Made by a program: the position numbers and the translations under genes. The notes under the pieces were generated by a model, which ran no database searches, was not told the DNA's origin, and saw only the letters and a list, made by a program, of their open reading frames with translations. A stretch of DNA of 64,000 bases from Moniliella sp. 'wahieum' (taxonomy: Eukaryota), in NCBI GenBank assembly GCA_003971905.1, contig RSEE01000040.1:496001-560000 (forward strand), read 5' to 3'. Positions 25,301 to 41,674 of this stretch are shown here, one piece after another. Every line of letters starts with the position of its first letter. Within the stretch, counting starts at the first letter, position 1.

Positions 25301-27213
25301 ACACCCGCATACCTTCGAGTTCGCGTTCTCCTACCGGTGCGGTCTCTTCGCTCACACCGATGGACCACGAGAGTCCCCCGTTGCACTCCACTCCTACATC
25401 GGCGCCTCCCGCACCTGAGGGTAGCCATGCTGGCTGGAATGCAACTCCGTCGCCTCGCCCAACCACCACGCTCGACCTCATTCTCGTTCATCCATCTACT
25501 TTACCCCGCGGGCCAAGGCTCGCAGCGTGGTTTCGCCACCTGTTTCACCGGCGTTTGCGCAGGACATTGGCTCTCCCCAAGCTCGGGCCCCCTCGTGCCT
25601 GCCCTCCTTTTCTATCCCACGACGTCCCTTGTCACCTCCCGCTTGCCGCAGCCGGAGATGGAGGCCATCTCGCAGGCAATGATCGGATGTTCATGGTCAA
25701 GTATACCCGCCTTCCCCGGGGCATCGGAAGCTTGGCCCGTTCCTTTTCGCGCGGGCCGGATTCGAACGGCGAGGGGAGACCGAGAGGACGCAGCGGACGT
25801 CGCGGCAGCGCAACAAGTTGTTCGAACGTCGCCATCTGCGGTTCGTCTGGCTGCAGCCCTACACGATGCGCATCTATTGGAGCCAAGGCCATCCGTCCCC
25901 TACCCCGAGCCAAGCGGCCGGCGACCTGAACCAGTCCAAGTCGGTGCAGTTCAGCGGGGTGAGGAGGAACGCGCGTATGATCCCGATGGCGTGCTGTACG
26001 GCGGGCCCCGTGAGATGGGGGAGCAAAGTGTCAGTCTGCACACCCAATCTCTCGTTCTGACCTGTGCCAATGGCCAGGAACTGCATCTGACTGCCCCCTC
26101 GGCCGAGGCACACCGCACTTGGCTCACAGCCCTGCGGTTTTTGGTCCAACGAGACAAGCTGCGCCGCCTGCAAATCCAGGATTTGCCGCCGCTCGAGCTA
26201 CCTACCCTTAGCCCTGTCCTCGCGCCCATGTCGCTGGCGCCATCCTCAGCGGCGGGGGGCACGACCATGGCGTCGCCTCAGCCCCTGGACCGTGCGCACT
26301 CGCCTCTGCCTTCCCGAATCGGGGAGAGCCCGCAGCTCTTGTCGACCAGCATCCTCGCCCGCTCTTCCTCTGAGCGAAGGTCGCGCTGGCCCGAACGCAG
26401 TCCCTCGCTCAGGTTGTGGAAGGTGCCGTGGCGAGCAGCGGGGCAAGCTAGTTCCCATGCGTCTCAACCGTCGTTCCAACTCGGCCATGTCGCATCAACC
26501 CTCTCGTTCCAATTCGGCCATGTCGCATTCAAGGTCAAGTCAGGACCCTTCCCATCCATGCCTCTCCCGACTCAGTCCTCAGCCTCCAGCGCCAACGCAG
26601 TTGGACGGTGGGAACCCGTGTCGCCCTGGGACGTTTTGCCAAATGAACCTGGGAAGGGGGGGCAGCGCCGTACGGCCGAGGCGATGATCGAGGAGGACGA
26701 CGGGAGCAGTAGCAGCACCGGTCCGGGTTGGACAATGTGCGTGTTTGCTGCGACGGCGAGCACGATATTGGTGCGTTGGCCCATGCTCACCATCGCACGT
26801 GGACACTCCATTCGCCATCCCCAGCGCGCGGAGCCGAGGCGACCCACGCGAGATCGGTGAGCGCCTTGAGCCAAGACCGACGTCGGTCCACATTTAGCCT
26901 CCGCCTGCCCGACAGCCAGAGAAACCTGCATTCCCGCCGCTCGTTTTGCCGTGCTGCCACGCCGTCGTCGCTGGCGCACGCGCACGCGCACGAGGCTTCG
27001 TCATGCACCACCGTCCCTGCCCTGCTCGCGCTGGCCGCACCGCCCTGCCAGCCCCAGTCCGCGCTCACTTTCTCCTCCCCCTCCGCCCCGCTCGTTTCAC
27101 GCTCCCATTCGCCGGTGCCTTCGACACTCCTTCGTCCGCGCTCCCCACGTTCTCCCGTTCTCCGCGTTCTCCCCCTGGGCCGCACCCTGAGTCGGCCGCT
27201 GATTGGGGGATGA
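22333..27213 (+). CDS. Num1/ApsA/Mcp5-like cortical anchor protein (N-terminal coiled coils, C-terminal PH domain); frameshifted, intron about 23409-23469
   Basis: AISQAMIG..MVKYTR, RHLRFVWLQPYTMRIYWS, ELHLTAPSAEAHRTWLTALRFL and DNVRVCCDGEHDIGAL match the Mcp5_PH region and the NVR.CCDG.HD motif. The start codon is uncertain. Confidence 0.75.
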
Positions 27214-27670
27214 CCCCTGCTCCCCCGCTTTAGACCGATGGCAATCCTGCCTTTTGGTCTCTTTGCGCGCTTGGTTGGCAACGCTTCTTGCACTTGCCAC
27301 CGACCCTCTGTCTTCTCGCCTTGCTCGGCTCCCCCATTATGACCCACCTCACTCTCCTTTCTTTGGTGCCCTGATCTGCCCACGATACCTGTCTCTCTCT
27401 TTGGTTCTCGCTCTCTATACACTTCGATACTTCGATGTCCTCCTTTGCTCCCCCGATGGGAGAGACCGCGGAGATGGACTGCCCTAGCTACTAGTGTACA
27501 CTATTACCCGCCCAGCGAATGGCCTCCGACAGATGCAGATGAAGTGGGCACGCTGACCAACAGAACGCACGAGGGGTAGGTGCAGTACAGGAGCAGGAAG
27601 AAAAGACAATCGCGCGGCGGCCACCATAGTGATCGGTCATCCAAAACCGGACGTTGGCCACGCCACTTTT

Positions 27671-31628
<3,958 letters not shown>

Positions 31629-32000
31629 ACCCTGAACTGAACACCGACAGCCGCGTGCTGCGCCTGCCGTTTCTCCTCCCGCCCACCCCACCCCGCGCCC
31701 TGTCCTTCCCATGGCAGCGGGCACATGAGGAGTGGCGTGGTGCTGTCTCAAAACGTTCCCTATTCATGTAGTCTAATCCACTTCTGCTCGGCGCTCGGTG
31801 GGCGTTGAACTTGAACTTGAACTCAAGGTTGAGCCTCAACTCAACGCCCTTGATCGGCTACAGAGTCGGTGTAGATCTGCAGAGTGTGTCTGTCGTGCTA
31901 CCCATTCCGTGCAAACCCACCAGACCCCCCGCGTGGCGCTCAGCCTGAGCGCTCAGGGAACAAGTAGGAAGTGAACCGGTGCCCGTGGGTGAGCGAGCGG

Positions 32001-32230
32001 CTGGTAATAGCAGGAAATAGCAGGAAACGGCAGGAAACGGCCGGAAACGGCAGGAAACGGCCGGAAACGGCTGGAAACGGCCGGAAACGGCAGGAAACGG
32101 CCGGAAACGGCAGGAAACGGCCGGAAACGGCAGGAAACGGCCGGAAACGGCCGGAAATGGCCGGAAACGACAGGAAACGACAGGAAATGACTGGAAACCA
32201 CTGGAAACCACTGGAAACAGCTGGAAACCC
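32001..32230. repeat. 10-bp tandem minisatellite, consensus C(A/C/T)GGAAACGG, about 23 units
   Basis: caggaaacgg ccggaaacgg alternating, with degenerate units at both ends. Confidence 0.95.
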
Positions 32231-34315
32231 TACCGCTTTCCGGCTGCGGCAGGTCCCTTGGGCCCAACAACCCTACCTGTCGCTGCTACTGCCAGCCACG
32301 GGTTCCCCCCCCACTTGCCTGCACTTCTGCCCCACTGCCCGGCCCCCCATCCCCCAGCCCTCTTTCCAATCTATTCAAGTCCTATCCGGTTGAGAGAATA
32401 GACCAAGGGCGAATCAGATGACGTAGGGACATGTAAATGAAGCGGGCGATGGGTTTGGTACCCCTATTAGTTGGCATTCTGCCCGCCCTGGGCGAATTAT
32501 TACACAGCTCGGAGTCATAATAATGTTGTGTTTTGCCTTACGCAGCACTCTCGTCAGGGAGATGAATATCACGGTGGGTGCGGTGCCGGCCAAGAACTGC
32601 AACCAGGGCATTACCATTTCCTGGAACAATTCAGAGGCGTCGTTCTAGGGCCTTGTCCGGCGGTTCACCCAAACGCGAACGAGCCACTTGAGATGGACTT
32701 CGCGTTTCACTGTCTTTTTATCGTGTTGTTATATGATACGAGGAGCCCACCGGGCCTACGGCCCGGTCAGCTGGGGCTTCGCCCCAGCTTGATGCTGCGT
32801 CGCCACCTTAGCCACCGTTCCCGCTTCGCCACCGTAGCCACCGTTCCCCTGGTCCACCATCGCCACCGTAGCCACCGTTCCACCGGCCACCGTTCCAGGC
32901 TGGAACCCTTCCACGGTGGAGAGACAAAATAATATCACCGATGCTTGCTGGTGGCGCAGCCACCGGGGGGGCTTACGCGATGCTGACCTAAACTGTTGGT
33001 GCAGAAGTGGTACACTTGGCACGCCAGTAGGGTTAGTAATTTTTGTATGGTATAGGGATCTGTACTTTTGAGCAGGAGTGGGCTCATCAGTCGACACCCC
33101 CTGAGGGCCCGAGCGTGCCAACGCTTATGAACTATAGCTAGCAATTGTCACTCGCGTGCACCCAGAACGGAGAGGAGGCTTGAGGGGGTTGGCTGAGCCG
33201 CAGCGCTCAGGCTGAGGGCACTGCAATGACAACTGTTCAAGCAAGGCGTCGTCGAGATCGCAGAGCGTTATAGGTGCAAAAAGGGGAGGGGGTTCTGGAC
33301 ATTTGGACCCGAACACACGAAGAATGGATCGGTGTGAAAAGGAGTTTGGCAGGCTGTGGCTTTATAGTTCAGTGCTACTGATCAAATGGTCCGATTGGGA
33401 TTCCGTTGGTCCAATTCGCAAAGGGAATCTCTCTCAGGACTCATGCATCTGAAGAACATCAGGCACTATGGTGCTTGATGTTGGTAGTGGGGCCTCTGTC
33501 CTGAGATGTATGAACGCATCCGAGCGGGACATTTGCGCCCTCAGCGAGGGCTCAGCTCGGCGCTGAGGGCCAGTAGCGCCCAGGCTCTGACTGAGACCCG
33601 TGCGAGGGGTTTCTTGAGCCCCCTATCAAACTAGTTCGCGAGGGCTCTCTGCCCATATGAGGAGAGAGAGCGTGGGGTTTCCAATCAAGAACTTTTTTAG
33701 GAGACTGTGGGTTACCGGTTACCCGGCTACGGACCGAGAACGAAACGAAAGTGCATACTAAACAGGGTGGCGCCCAAGGTCAGGCCGTGGAGGTATGCGA
33801 ATACGGACCCAGACAGAGAAGATGAAAACAAAGTGACGAACGGAAAAAGGGCGCAACCCGCAGGACGGGGAACGGGTCGGGAGGGCGGACTTATAGAGCC
33901 CCGTACCCTGTCCCATGTCCGTCTGCACACTGAGATCCTCGATATGGACGCGCGGGATGGGGGTCTTACTAGGAAGGGCTACAAGGGGAGAAGGTAGTGC
34001 AGACTGGCTCAGACTGGAGCTGCTCTGCCCGTGCGTGATTTGAAGCGTGTGGGGCCTGACTAGTGGTGACTGGAGAGGTGGGCTCGTGCTGAATGTGGCA
34101 ACCCTCCTCAGCAGCACGCCAGGCGCGAGTTCAGACTGACGCGCTCATAACAGATGCGCTGCGCTGAGGGCGTGACGCGGTGAGGCCTGAGGAGCGGCAG
34201 CTCAGGTCTAGTCGCGAGGCTGACACGGGGCGGCTGACGCTGTCGGGAGTGTGGATGAGGCCGAGGAGGGCTGGGTGCTGTGGGCGAGGCAGCGGAGGAG
34301 GCAAAGCACAGGAGG

Positions 34316-34407
34316 GTGACTAGGTGACTAGTGACTAGTGACTAGTGACTGACTAGTGACCAGTGCGGCCGGTGACCGGTGACATGGTGACATGTGACAT
34401 TGACATG
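34316..34407. repeat. 7-bp palindrome-spacer cluster (ACTAGT, ACCGGT, ACATGT cores)
   Basis: gtgactagtgactagtgactagtgac ... ccggtgaccggtgacatggtgacatgtgacat. Confidence 0.85.
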
Positions 34408-34703
34408 GCGCGGCTAGGGTTGTGAGTTCGGCCTGCAAACGTACGAATTGGATGCGCGTGACGTGTGACATGTGACGCGCGACGGGTGCCTCGGTGGTGC
34501 GTCCTGCATCATGCATCCACATCACGCGTCATGCGCGTCATGCCGTCTGACGCGATCTGCAATCTGGCGATGCTATATTCCACTCGCCTGCCCCGACGCT
34601 CGGCCGGCAGCGTGTGGGAGGTCTCCAAGCGCGCTTTGCTCTCTGCTCCTTCTGCCCCTCCTCCTCCCATGCTGCCGCCCTGGCCATACGCTCTGCCACC
34701 GCC

Positions 34704-36224
34704 ATGACCGGCATCTCCTTCCCCCTCTCCAAGCCCATCGCCACCCGCGCCCCTTCCACCCGCCCAACGCCAGCCCCGGGTCCGCGCTCGGTACTCTCTC
34801 GTCTACCAGCCCGTCTTCCGCCATCATGTCCATCCGACCTACACCAGCCGCCCCTCCACCCCCCATAGCCACTTTTCCCGTTCACCCTCCCACTCGCCTC
34901 CCCCCCCCCCGCCGTCCTCCCCACCCCCTTTCTCCCATTTCCCCCACCATCCGCCGAGGATGAGCGCCATTCCCTGCTCGACTTGGAGCACTCCCGCTCC
35001 ATTCAAGCGCTCCAGTCCGTCGGTCACGAGCTGGCCGAGTACCTGACCAGCACCAACTCTCCCTTGGCTGATTCGGACTCTTCCTCCCCCGCAGCGTTAC
35101 CAAGCGTGAATGTCGAATGCGTCTCCATCCTCCCCGCCTCCTACATCCGTTCTTTCCACCACACTTTTTCGCAGCGGCAAAAAACCACCATCTCCCGCCC
35201 CACCTCGCCGGGAGACCGGTCGCGGCGTACTAGCTTGCTGAGCACCGTGCGTGCCCACAGCCCCGAACGAGAGGGCGGAAATTCTTCCGACTCCATTCGT
35301 TCGCTGCGCGACCGAGCGACGCACTCTCGTGCCGGAAGTATCTTTGCCTCCATGATCCATTCGTCCCACCATGCGCCGAGCTCCTTTCCCAGTGGTGAGG
35401 GGAGTGCCACGCCCTCCGTTCTCTCTGGCACCGAACAACTGTTGGAGCTGACGGACGATCTGCGGATCGAGGATGAGGCGGGGGAAGAGGCGCGCGAGCA
35501 ACTTCTTGATCGGCTCATTGTCTTGGCTGGGGAACTGGAAGCGCAAGTCAGTGCCCCGGACAAGGCGGGATTGTATGTGGCGACAGAGGTGCAGCAAGCG
35601 CAAGATGGGGACACGTTGGCGGAAGCGATTGTGCGTCTGGCGCACGCCAAGCACTACAGCGAAATTGTCGTGATCAACGATGTGGATTGGTCACCCCAGG
35701 CCGGCACAGCAGGGCCCCAATTACATTTTGCTTCGGATCTCGACGAGCACGACCATGCCGACTGGCTCACCCCGTTGCCCGTCTCGGGGCATACAACACC
35801 CAGCAGCCCACTCGCCCGCTCTTCCTCCCGCGGCAGTGAGCGCGAAGGGAGTGGGTTCCCCTTTCCGCACGTTTCTCAAGGAGCTACCCCCCCCGCCGTC
35901 GTCTCTCGTCCCATGGGAATCATGAACATCGGAAACAGTCGTTGGGTCGGCTATTTGGCCACGCACATCCCCGCTCTCACCATCCCGGCGACCACCACCA
36001 CCCTCACATCCCGACGTTTTCGCTCGGCATCCCAACCCCTCTCTCTCGCTCCGGACGTACGCGCGACCGACACGAGCAGGCAGATATGCGGCGCGTGCTC
36101 GTCCCTCATACCCTCTCCTTGGCTCGACGATTGGGCCACGATATCAAGGGGGTCCAGGTCACCATTTTTTAACGCCCCTCCCTTTGCCTCAGTCCTCAGT
36201 TCTCGCCTACCCCCATCCATGTGA
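34704..36224 (+). CDS. Hypothetical protein, possibly a divergent universal-stress-protein (USP) fold with low-complexity insertions
   Basis: 413-aa ORF with coding-like composition. GDTLAEAIVRLAHAKHYSEIVV and IGNSRWVGYLATHIPALTIP loosely follow the USP pattern. Both ends are uncertain. Confidence 0.5.
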
Positions 36225-36464
36225 TCAAGTGTTGCTACGCGCACGCTTTATTCCCTCAACCCCCGTTTCCATCGGTCGGCATGGCATCGCCTCTTGGGCA
36301 GTCCCATACATGTGTAACATTGGTTGCCACTGTTATTGAGCAGACACGGCGTGGCTAGTGTATCTAGCGGTGTATACAGTTTCAATGAGAAGTGGCTCCA
36401 ACGTGAACGGAGACTATAGGTTGCTGTGGTCCGATCCATCGTGTGTCGCAGTATAACGCATCAC

Positions 36465-36564
36465 GGTCGGATGGTCTAGCTGGTCATGACGTACGCTTCA
36501 CATCCTGGAGCAACAGGTCTCGTTGAGACGCGTAAGGTCCCCGGTTCGATCCCGGGTTCGATCA
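36465..36564 (+). tRNA. tRNA-Val(CAC) with 26-nt intron (36503-36528)
   Basis: Acceptor GGTCGGA/TTCGATC, anticodon arm TACGC-TTCACA|C-GCGTA, T arm CCCGG-TTCGATC-CCGGG, followed by a T5 terminator. Confidence 0.92.
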
Positions 36565-36824
36565 CTTTTTGTTTCATGTTTCTTTTCAACCCATCGTGCA
36601 TGGTGCAAGCTCATGGCGCTCGGCGAATGCCATCCACCAGCCCCCACTTCTCCGATTGTCCATCGTTGTGAGCGAGGACGCTCCGATGGGGGACTCAAGA
36701 AGCGCAAGAAAAGATGGGAGTGGAGTGACAAGTGATAGAGGAGGAAGGATGACAAAAGAGCGTGCTAAGATGGTGGAAAAGGCGCACGTGATACAGAAAC
36801 AGTGTTCGCCTTCGACGCATCAAG

Positions 36825-36896
36825 GGGCGGATAGCTCAGGGGTAGAGCGCTTGCTTAGCATGCATGAGGTCCGGGGTTCAATTCCCTGTTCGTCCA
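36825..36896 (+). tRNA. tRNA-Ala(AGC)
   Basis: GGGCGGA...TTCGTCC-A with G3:U70, anticodon loop TTAGCAT, GGTTCAATTCC B box, downstream T run. Confidence 0.95.
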
Positions 36897-37044
36897 TTTT
36901 TTTTTGGCGCGGGATCTACCGGGGCGGATCAGCACCGCGCTAGGGCATAGCGTGCTTACGTAGCGCGCCCGCCGGCCCCACCTTGGGCGACGCGCTGCCG
37001 GCATGTCTGGGCCATGGACACGCCAACCATCACCACCACTTCTG

Positions 37045-37544
37045 ATGAGCAGCGAGAAAGCCGGCGCCGAGGGCACGCCACAAGGCGTGGTCGCTCCTGA
37101 TGCCCCCCCACTGCGGGCAGTAATCAAGAACGTCGACATGACGGCCGAGATGCAGGCCAGTGCAATTGCGCTTGCGCAAGAAGCGCTGCGCACCCACACC
37201 TCGAAAAGGACATGGCCGCCTTTACCAAGAAGCGCCTCGACGCGCTCTTTGGTCCTACGTGGCAGAGCGTGGTGGGACGAGCATTCGGTTCCTATTGTAC
37301 ACATGGTACGTCTCTCGTCGGCGTCCTTTGCTTCCAAGACACGTGGCGGGCTGGACACTTTACTGACTCACTCTTCGTCTTTCGATGGCGCCCGGGAACA
37401 GAGGTGCGGCACTTCATTTACTTCTGTACGTCGTGTCGCCCAACCCAGCACACCTCGCTCACTTGTTTTGTGTGTACAGAACCACTAACGAGCACTCGTT
37501 TTCCAGATTTGGGTGACTATGCGTTCCTCTTTTGGCGCGCCTAG
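37045..37544 (+). CDS. DYN2: Dynein light chain LC8 family (divergent); introns 37306-37401 and 37426-37506
   Basis: AVIKNVDM..EMQ, EKDMAAFTKK.LD..FGPTWQSVVGRAFGSYCTHE.RHFIYFYLG..AFLFWRA*; one frameshift. Confidence 0.85.
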
Positions 37545-38246
37545 ACGTACCTGCTCCCCCCCACTGCCCTGCTGTGCTTGCGCGCCTGATCAGCTCATGA
37601 CTTCTCATCTCAGTAAAGATCGAGTCTTTCTGAGCTCCACTTGCACCGTGTCCAGTGTTCTCCTGCACGTGCTTACCACGTCTGCGCTCTGACAGGAACC
37701 AAGACAGCGAGATGAAGGATCTGGATCCAGATGGCAATGACAATGATGGCAATGACAATGATCGAGACACAGATGGAGCTGGGGCTGCAACTTATATATA
37801 GGTACGGTTGCTTCAGCACGCGCTACACACCAGCCAGCCTGGTGACCACTAGGCCCAGTACCTCGTACTCCCGTCTGCTTCGGCCTGGCGCGCGACCGGG
37901 CGGCACAGCCCAAAAAAAAACCAGGACAGCAAAACAGTAGCCGGGAGCGAAGGGTGCCGAACAGCGTCGGGCGCAAGACAGGCCAGGCGGCTCAGAGGTC
38001 AGGGCAATAGGTCAGGGCCAGAGGGTGGACTACCTGCTCGAGATGGACCCCACATTCAAATACCAACAAGATTATCTTCTGTACCCTCTCCCCCCCCCGC
38101 CCACTTCAGCCCCGATCTACGCCCGAATCTACAAGCAACATGATATGCACACATACCCTTTGTTCACCCTATGCACACACACCCTTTATTCACCCCGTTT
38201 TGAGGGCTGGACGGGGAGTAAGAAGAGAAGCGGGCCAGGAGGCGGT

Positions 38247-38250
<4 letters not shown>

Positions 38251-38335
<85 letters not shown>

Positions 38336-38362
38336 CTGTTGCTGTTGCTGTTGCTGTTGCTG

Positions 38363-38443
<81 letters not shown>

Positions 38444-38450
38444 GTTGCTG
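38251..38450. repeat. (CTGTTG)n / (CAACAG)n hexanucleotide microsatellite, about 33 units
   Basis: About 200 bp of tgctgt repeats with three 1-2 nt interruptions. Confidence 0.97.
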
Positions 38451-40411
38451 TCAGATCTGTGCAATCGCCTCCGCCATGCGCATGACGACCAGTCGTGCCG
38501 ACGGATGGCCGCTCCAATCCTTGCTCCTGGTACTGCCGTTTGTAGGCAGAGTGAGTGGGTCATTGCTAATCTCAAATTCGCACTTCGTTCCTTCCCATAG
38601 CATCTGTCCCAGCTCCAGACTGGGATGGAAACCCGATCAGTGACCCTCCTGGATGCGCGACAGGGAGCAAATGGCTGAGGTGTTAGGTGCATGCACGTAC
38701 CGCTCAGCGGCAAGGGTGAGAGGGTCGCGTAACAAAGACACTGCCTTGAGTCGATCGAGGCGGGTCAACGGCAGCCACGCCGTCGGCGACGGAACGTGGT
38801 TGGAGGTGTGGTTGCCTTGCACCTGAGCCGGAGTGGGCGCGTCGGCGCGGCGTAGGCCGAGCCAGTGCACAGTCTGTGCCGTGCCAAGATGAGAACGGTA
38901 CACGCGCACAATGTCTAGCCCGTGGGGATCGCCATCGGTCAACGCAAAAGTGGGAGCGCTATCGGCCGAAGAATCGAGAATATAATACACACAAAAGCAA
39001 TGGAGGCATTCAGTACTCAGACGTTCTCATCACCCCACGTAGGGTCTGGGAGAGAAGGTACACTGACCACGGGAAGGTAGTCTGTAGGTTGGCAAGAAAA
39101 GCACGAGCTGCCAAGTCTGGGTACCCTCGTCCCTATATATACACAACATCGAATGCAAAGGTCAGGCGTCACCGTATACTTACGCGGCACGGTCAGTCTC
39201 GAGGGGGAGGGGGGAATAATGGGTATATGCATACAGTGAGAATGGCGCCGGGGCCAAGGAGACCTGGCACGCCAGCCGCCAGGCGGGTCTCGGCCATGGT
39301 GTGGAAAACAGCTTCCTTCTCGATGACCAAGATCCATTCGATGGGCGCCCAGGCTTCCAAATGGGAAATGGCGCCATCATCTGGGATCAAGGCCGGCGCG
39401 GGAAGATAGACTTCAGCTGGAAGGAGGGGATCCGGGACGGTGTTGAGGTGGCAGGGGGGTAGGGGTGCATTTATTCGCGGGCCGAGGGGAACGATGTGGA
39501 CTGGCCCGTGGAACAGACTTTTCGGGGCGGCCACCACGCCCAGCGCGGGGCGCTGCACCTGGAAGGCCACTTGAAGATGCTGGACGATGCGTTCAACAGT
39601 GCGTTGGTTGCCAAATAGGGGAACATCCGAATAGAACAGATCACGGATAGTAATGCTCATCCCTCGGCAGAGGCTGTTGTGAATCTCCTTGAGTACAGCT
39701 ACCCAACGTGCTGCAAATGAGTAAATCGATGCAGCCGCGGAAGCGATCGGCGGATGATGTGGGAGTGGACCATATACGTCAGTCATATCTGTTCTGTCGG
39801 CATGCGGTATGGGCTTCTCTTGCAGCGCTGGATGGATGGCGTGGATGGATGGCGTGGAGTCAGCTGGGAAGGAGGGAGCGACACGTACCGAGCTTCACTT
39901 GCCCTTGGGCGCTGTTGTGGAATAGACCTAGCGCGACCTGGTGAGGCCCGGGAGTTCCACTGTACCGCGGGCAAAGAGAAAAAGAGACACAGGAGTCAGT
40001 ATGCGCCCCGATGAATCCAGTTCTCGTCTTGTGCGTGACAGGAGAGATTACGGTGTGGATGCAGGCGGGCAGGTACAAAGGGGCCACACAGTTCCCACGA
40101 TAGCATCTCAGGAGGAAGGATACCCACAGGATCAAGGTCACTTGACGTCGTGGGGCAACGGCGTGATCCGAGGGAGGTGCTCCTGGAGGGGCATTTTGGA
40201 GCTGGTAGAGCTGGCGCATGAATGCACGCCACGAGGAGGTGAGCAAACGCAAGACCCGTCGTTGCTCGTGAGCAAGCTGCTGCTGTTTGGTAGCAGCTGT
40301 GGCTGGTGTGGTCAGTGCTTGAGGTGCTGCTCGGTCGGTGGCATTCATCTGCATCCAAGGGGTCGCGTGGGTGTCGGTGGAACAGCGGGCTGGGCTAGCA
40401 GATGCATGCAT
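38451..40411 (-). CDS. SPO11: Meiotic topoisomerase-VI-A-like endonuclease Spo11; several introns
   Basis: TIRDLFYSDVPLFGNQRTV (catalytic Tyr), LGVVAAPKSLF, ILVIEKEAVF, GYPDL, LTDGDPHGLDI (Toprim DxD), ELGQML..TKCEFE; stop TGA at 38453-38451. The start is uncertain. Confidence 0.9.
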
Positions 40412-41674
40412 CAGTGTTCTGTGGTGCAATGCTTTACGTGATACGAAAACATGTAGGGTTCCCACCCGCAAGCAACCCTCCGTTAGACAGGGATAGTGGA
40501 ATTGTAGGACACACATGCAGACCAGAACGCAGGTAAGACACAGCAGAGTCTTTATAATACGAGCGACAGCGAATGTGTTGAAGAGATGGAGGAGGAGTAT
40601 CGATGAGTTGAAGCGAAGTGCGAGATACAGGTGGTGGCAAGGCAAAGCCAGAGGCGTAAGTTGTGTTACAAGAACAAAGTAAACCTACTTTTGAATAGAT
40701 AGTTATACTCTGAACTGAAGAAGACCTAATAGCTCCCACCACGTTGGAACAGACTGATATACGGATGAAGCTGCTAGGTGATCACATAAGGTCACGGTGA
40801 CCCTTCTCTCACTACCACGGCAACCTCTTCTACCAGTTGTCATGCACAACTCTTCAATGCTGGGGCGCTGGGGCAATGCGCCAATCATTAATCACGCCTC
40901 TCATCTCCTGCGCGTGTTGATAATATAAGCATCATCACCCCTCTTATCCTCGCGGACGCTCCTCTGCTCTTCGGCGGTACCCTCTCTGCTTGGAGCCACA
41001 TCCTTTATTCTCCTTCTTCGGCATACAAAACTCTTTTCCGGCCTGAGCGCCATGAGCACCTGAGCACCCTCCGCTATGCAACAAAAACGCTATACTTTTT
41101 TTGCTCTCCGCCAGCGCTCAACAGAGCTCAGGGAAGAAGGGTTTTTGTTCGATATTACCACAGGATTGCTATACAAGATCCCTCTCTATAGATGCAACGC
41201 TCGTTAAGACGTGATCGTGCGATTGTGCAAGATAAGAACATCATCCAGTAGCACTTCCTCGAAAGGGAATTGTCCGAGAGATAACTTCTGGTAAGCGCAG
41301 AGAGGCTATCACATATCATCGATGAATCACATCGACATCGACAATCGACGGCCATTGATAATCACATCGATCATCCCGAAGTCTAGTATATAGTACCCAA
41401 GTACTCAAGCCCTCGGGAAACCTCAGGCTAGCCACTAATAATGATCCTGGTGACCCAGCGACGTCCTAAGTGCAGTTATGCAATGGCAGAGAGAAGACAG
41501 GAGCTGGGTTGAACCCAGACTGAGGATCAGAAGAAGAAGGAGATGAAGGAGAAGAAGGAGAAGAAAGGAGAGCGGCACTAGGCCAGGGGATAGGGATACT
41601 GGTGTGATGCCCGGATGAGTAAGATGGTCAGGAGTGCCGCGGAGGTGGCTGGCCCATAGGACCCTGGTCAACAA

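Noticed and set aside
31858..32393. ORFs with RPETAGNGRK / FPAVSGR repeats
   Set aside because: These are translations of the 10-bp minisatellite; the period is not a multiple of 3.
32800..32900. Gly-rich (GNGGYGG-like) repeat on the minus strand
   Set aside because: Short, interrupted by a stop and frameshifts, with no supportable gene model.
38025..38713. Poly-L/C/Q/TA ORFs
   Set aside because: Artefacts of the CTGTTG microsatellite; SPO11 ends at 38451.
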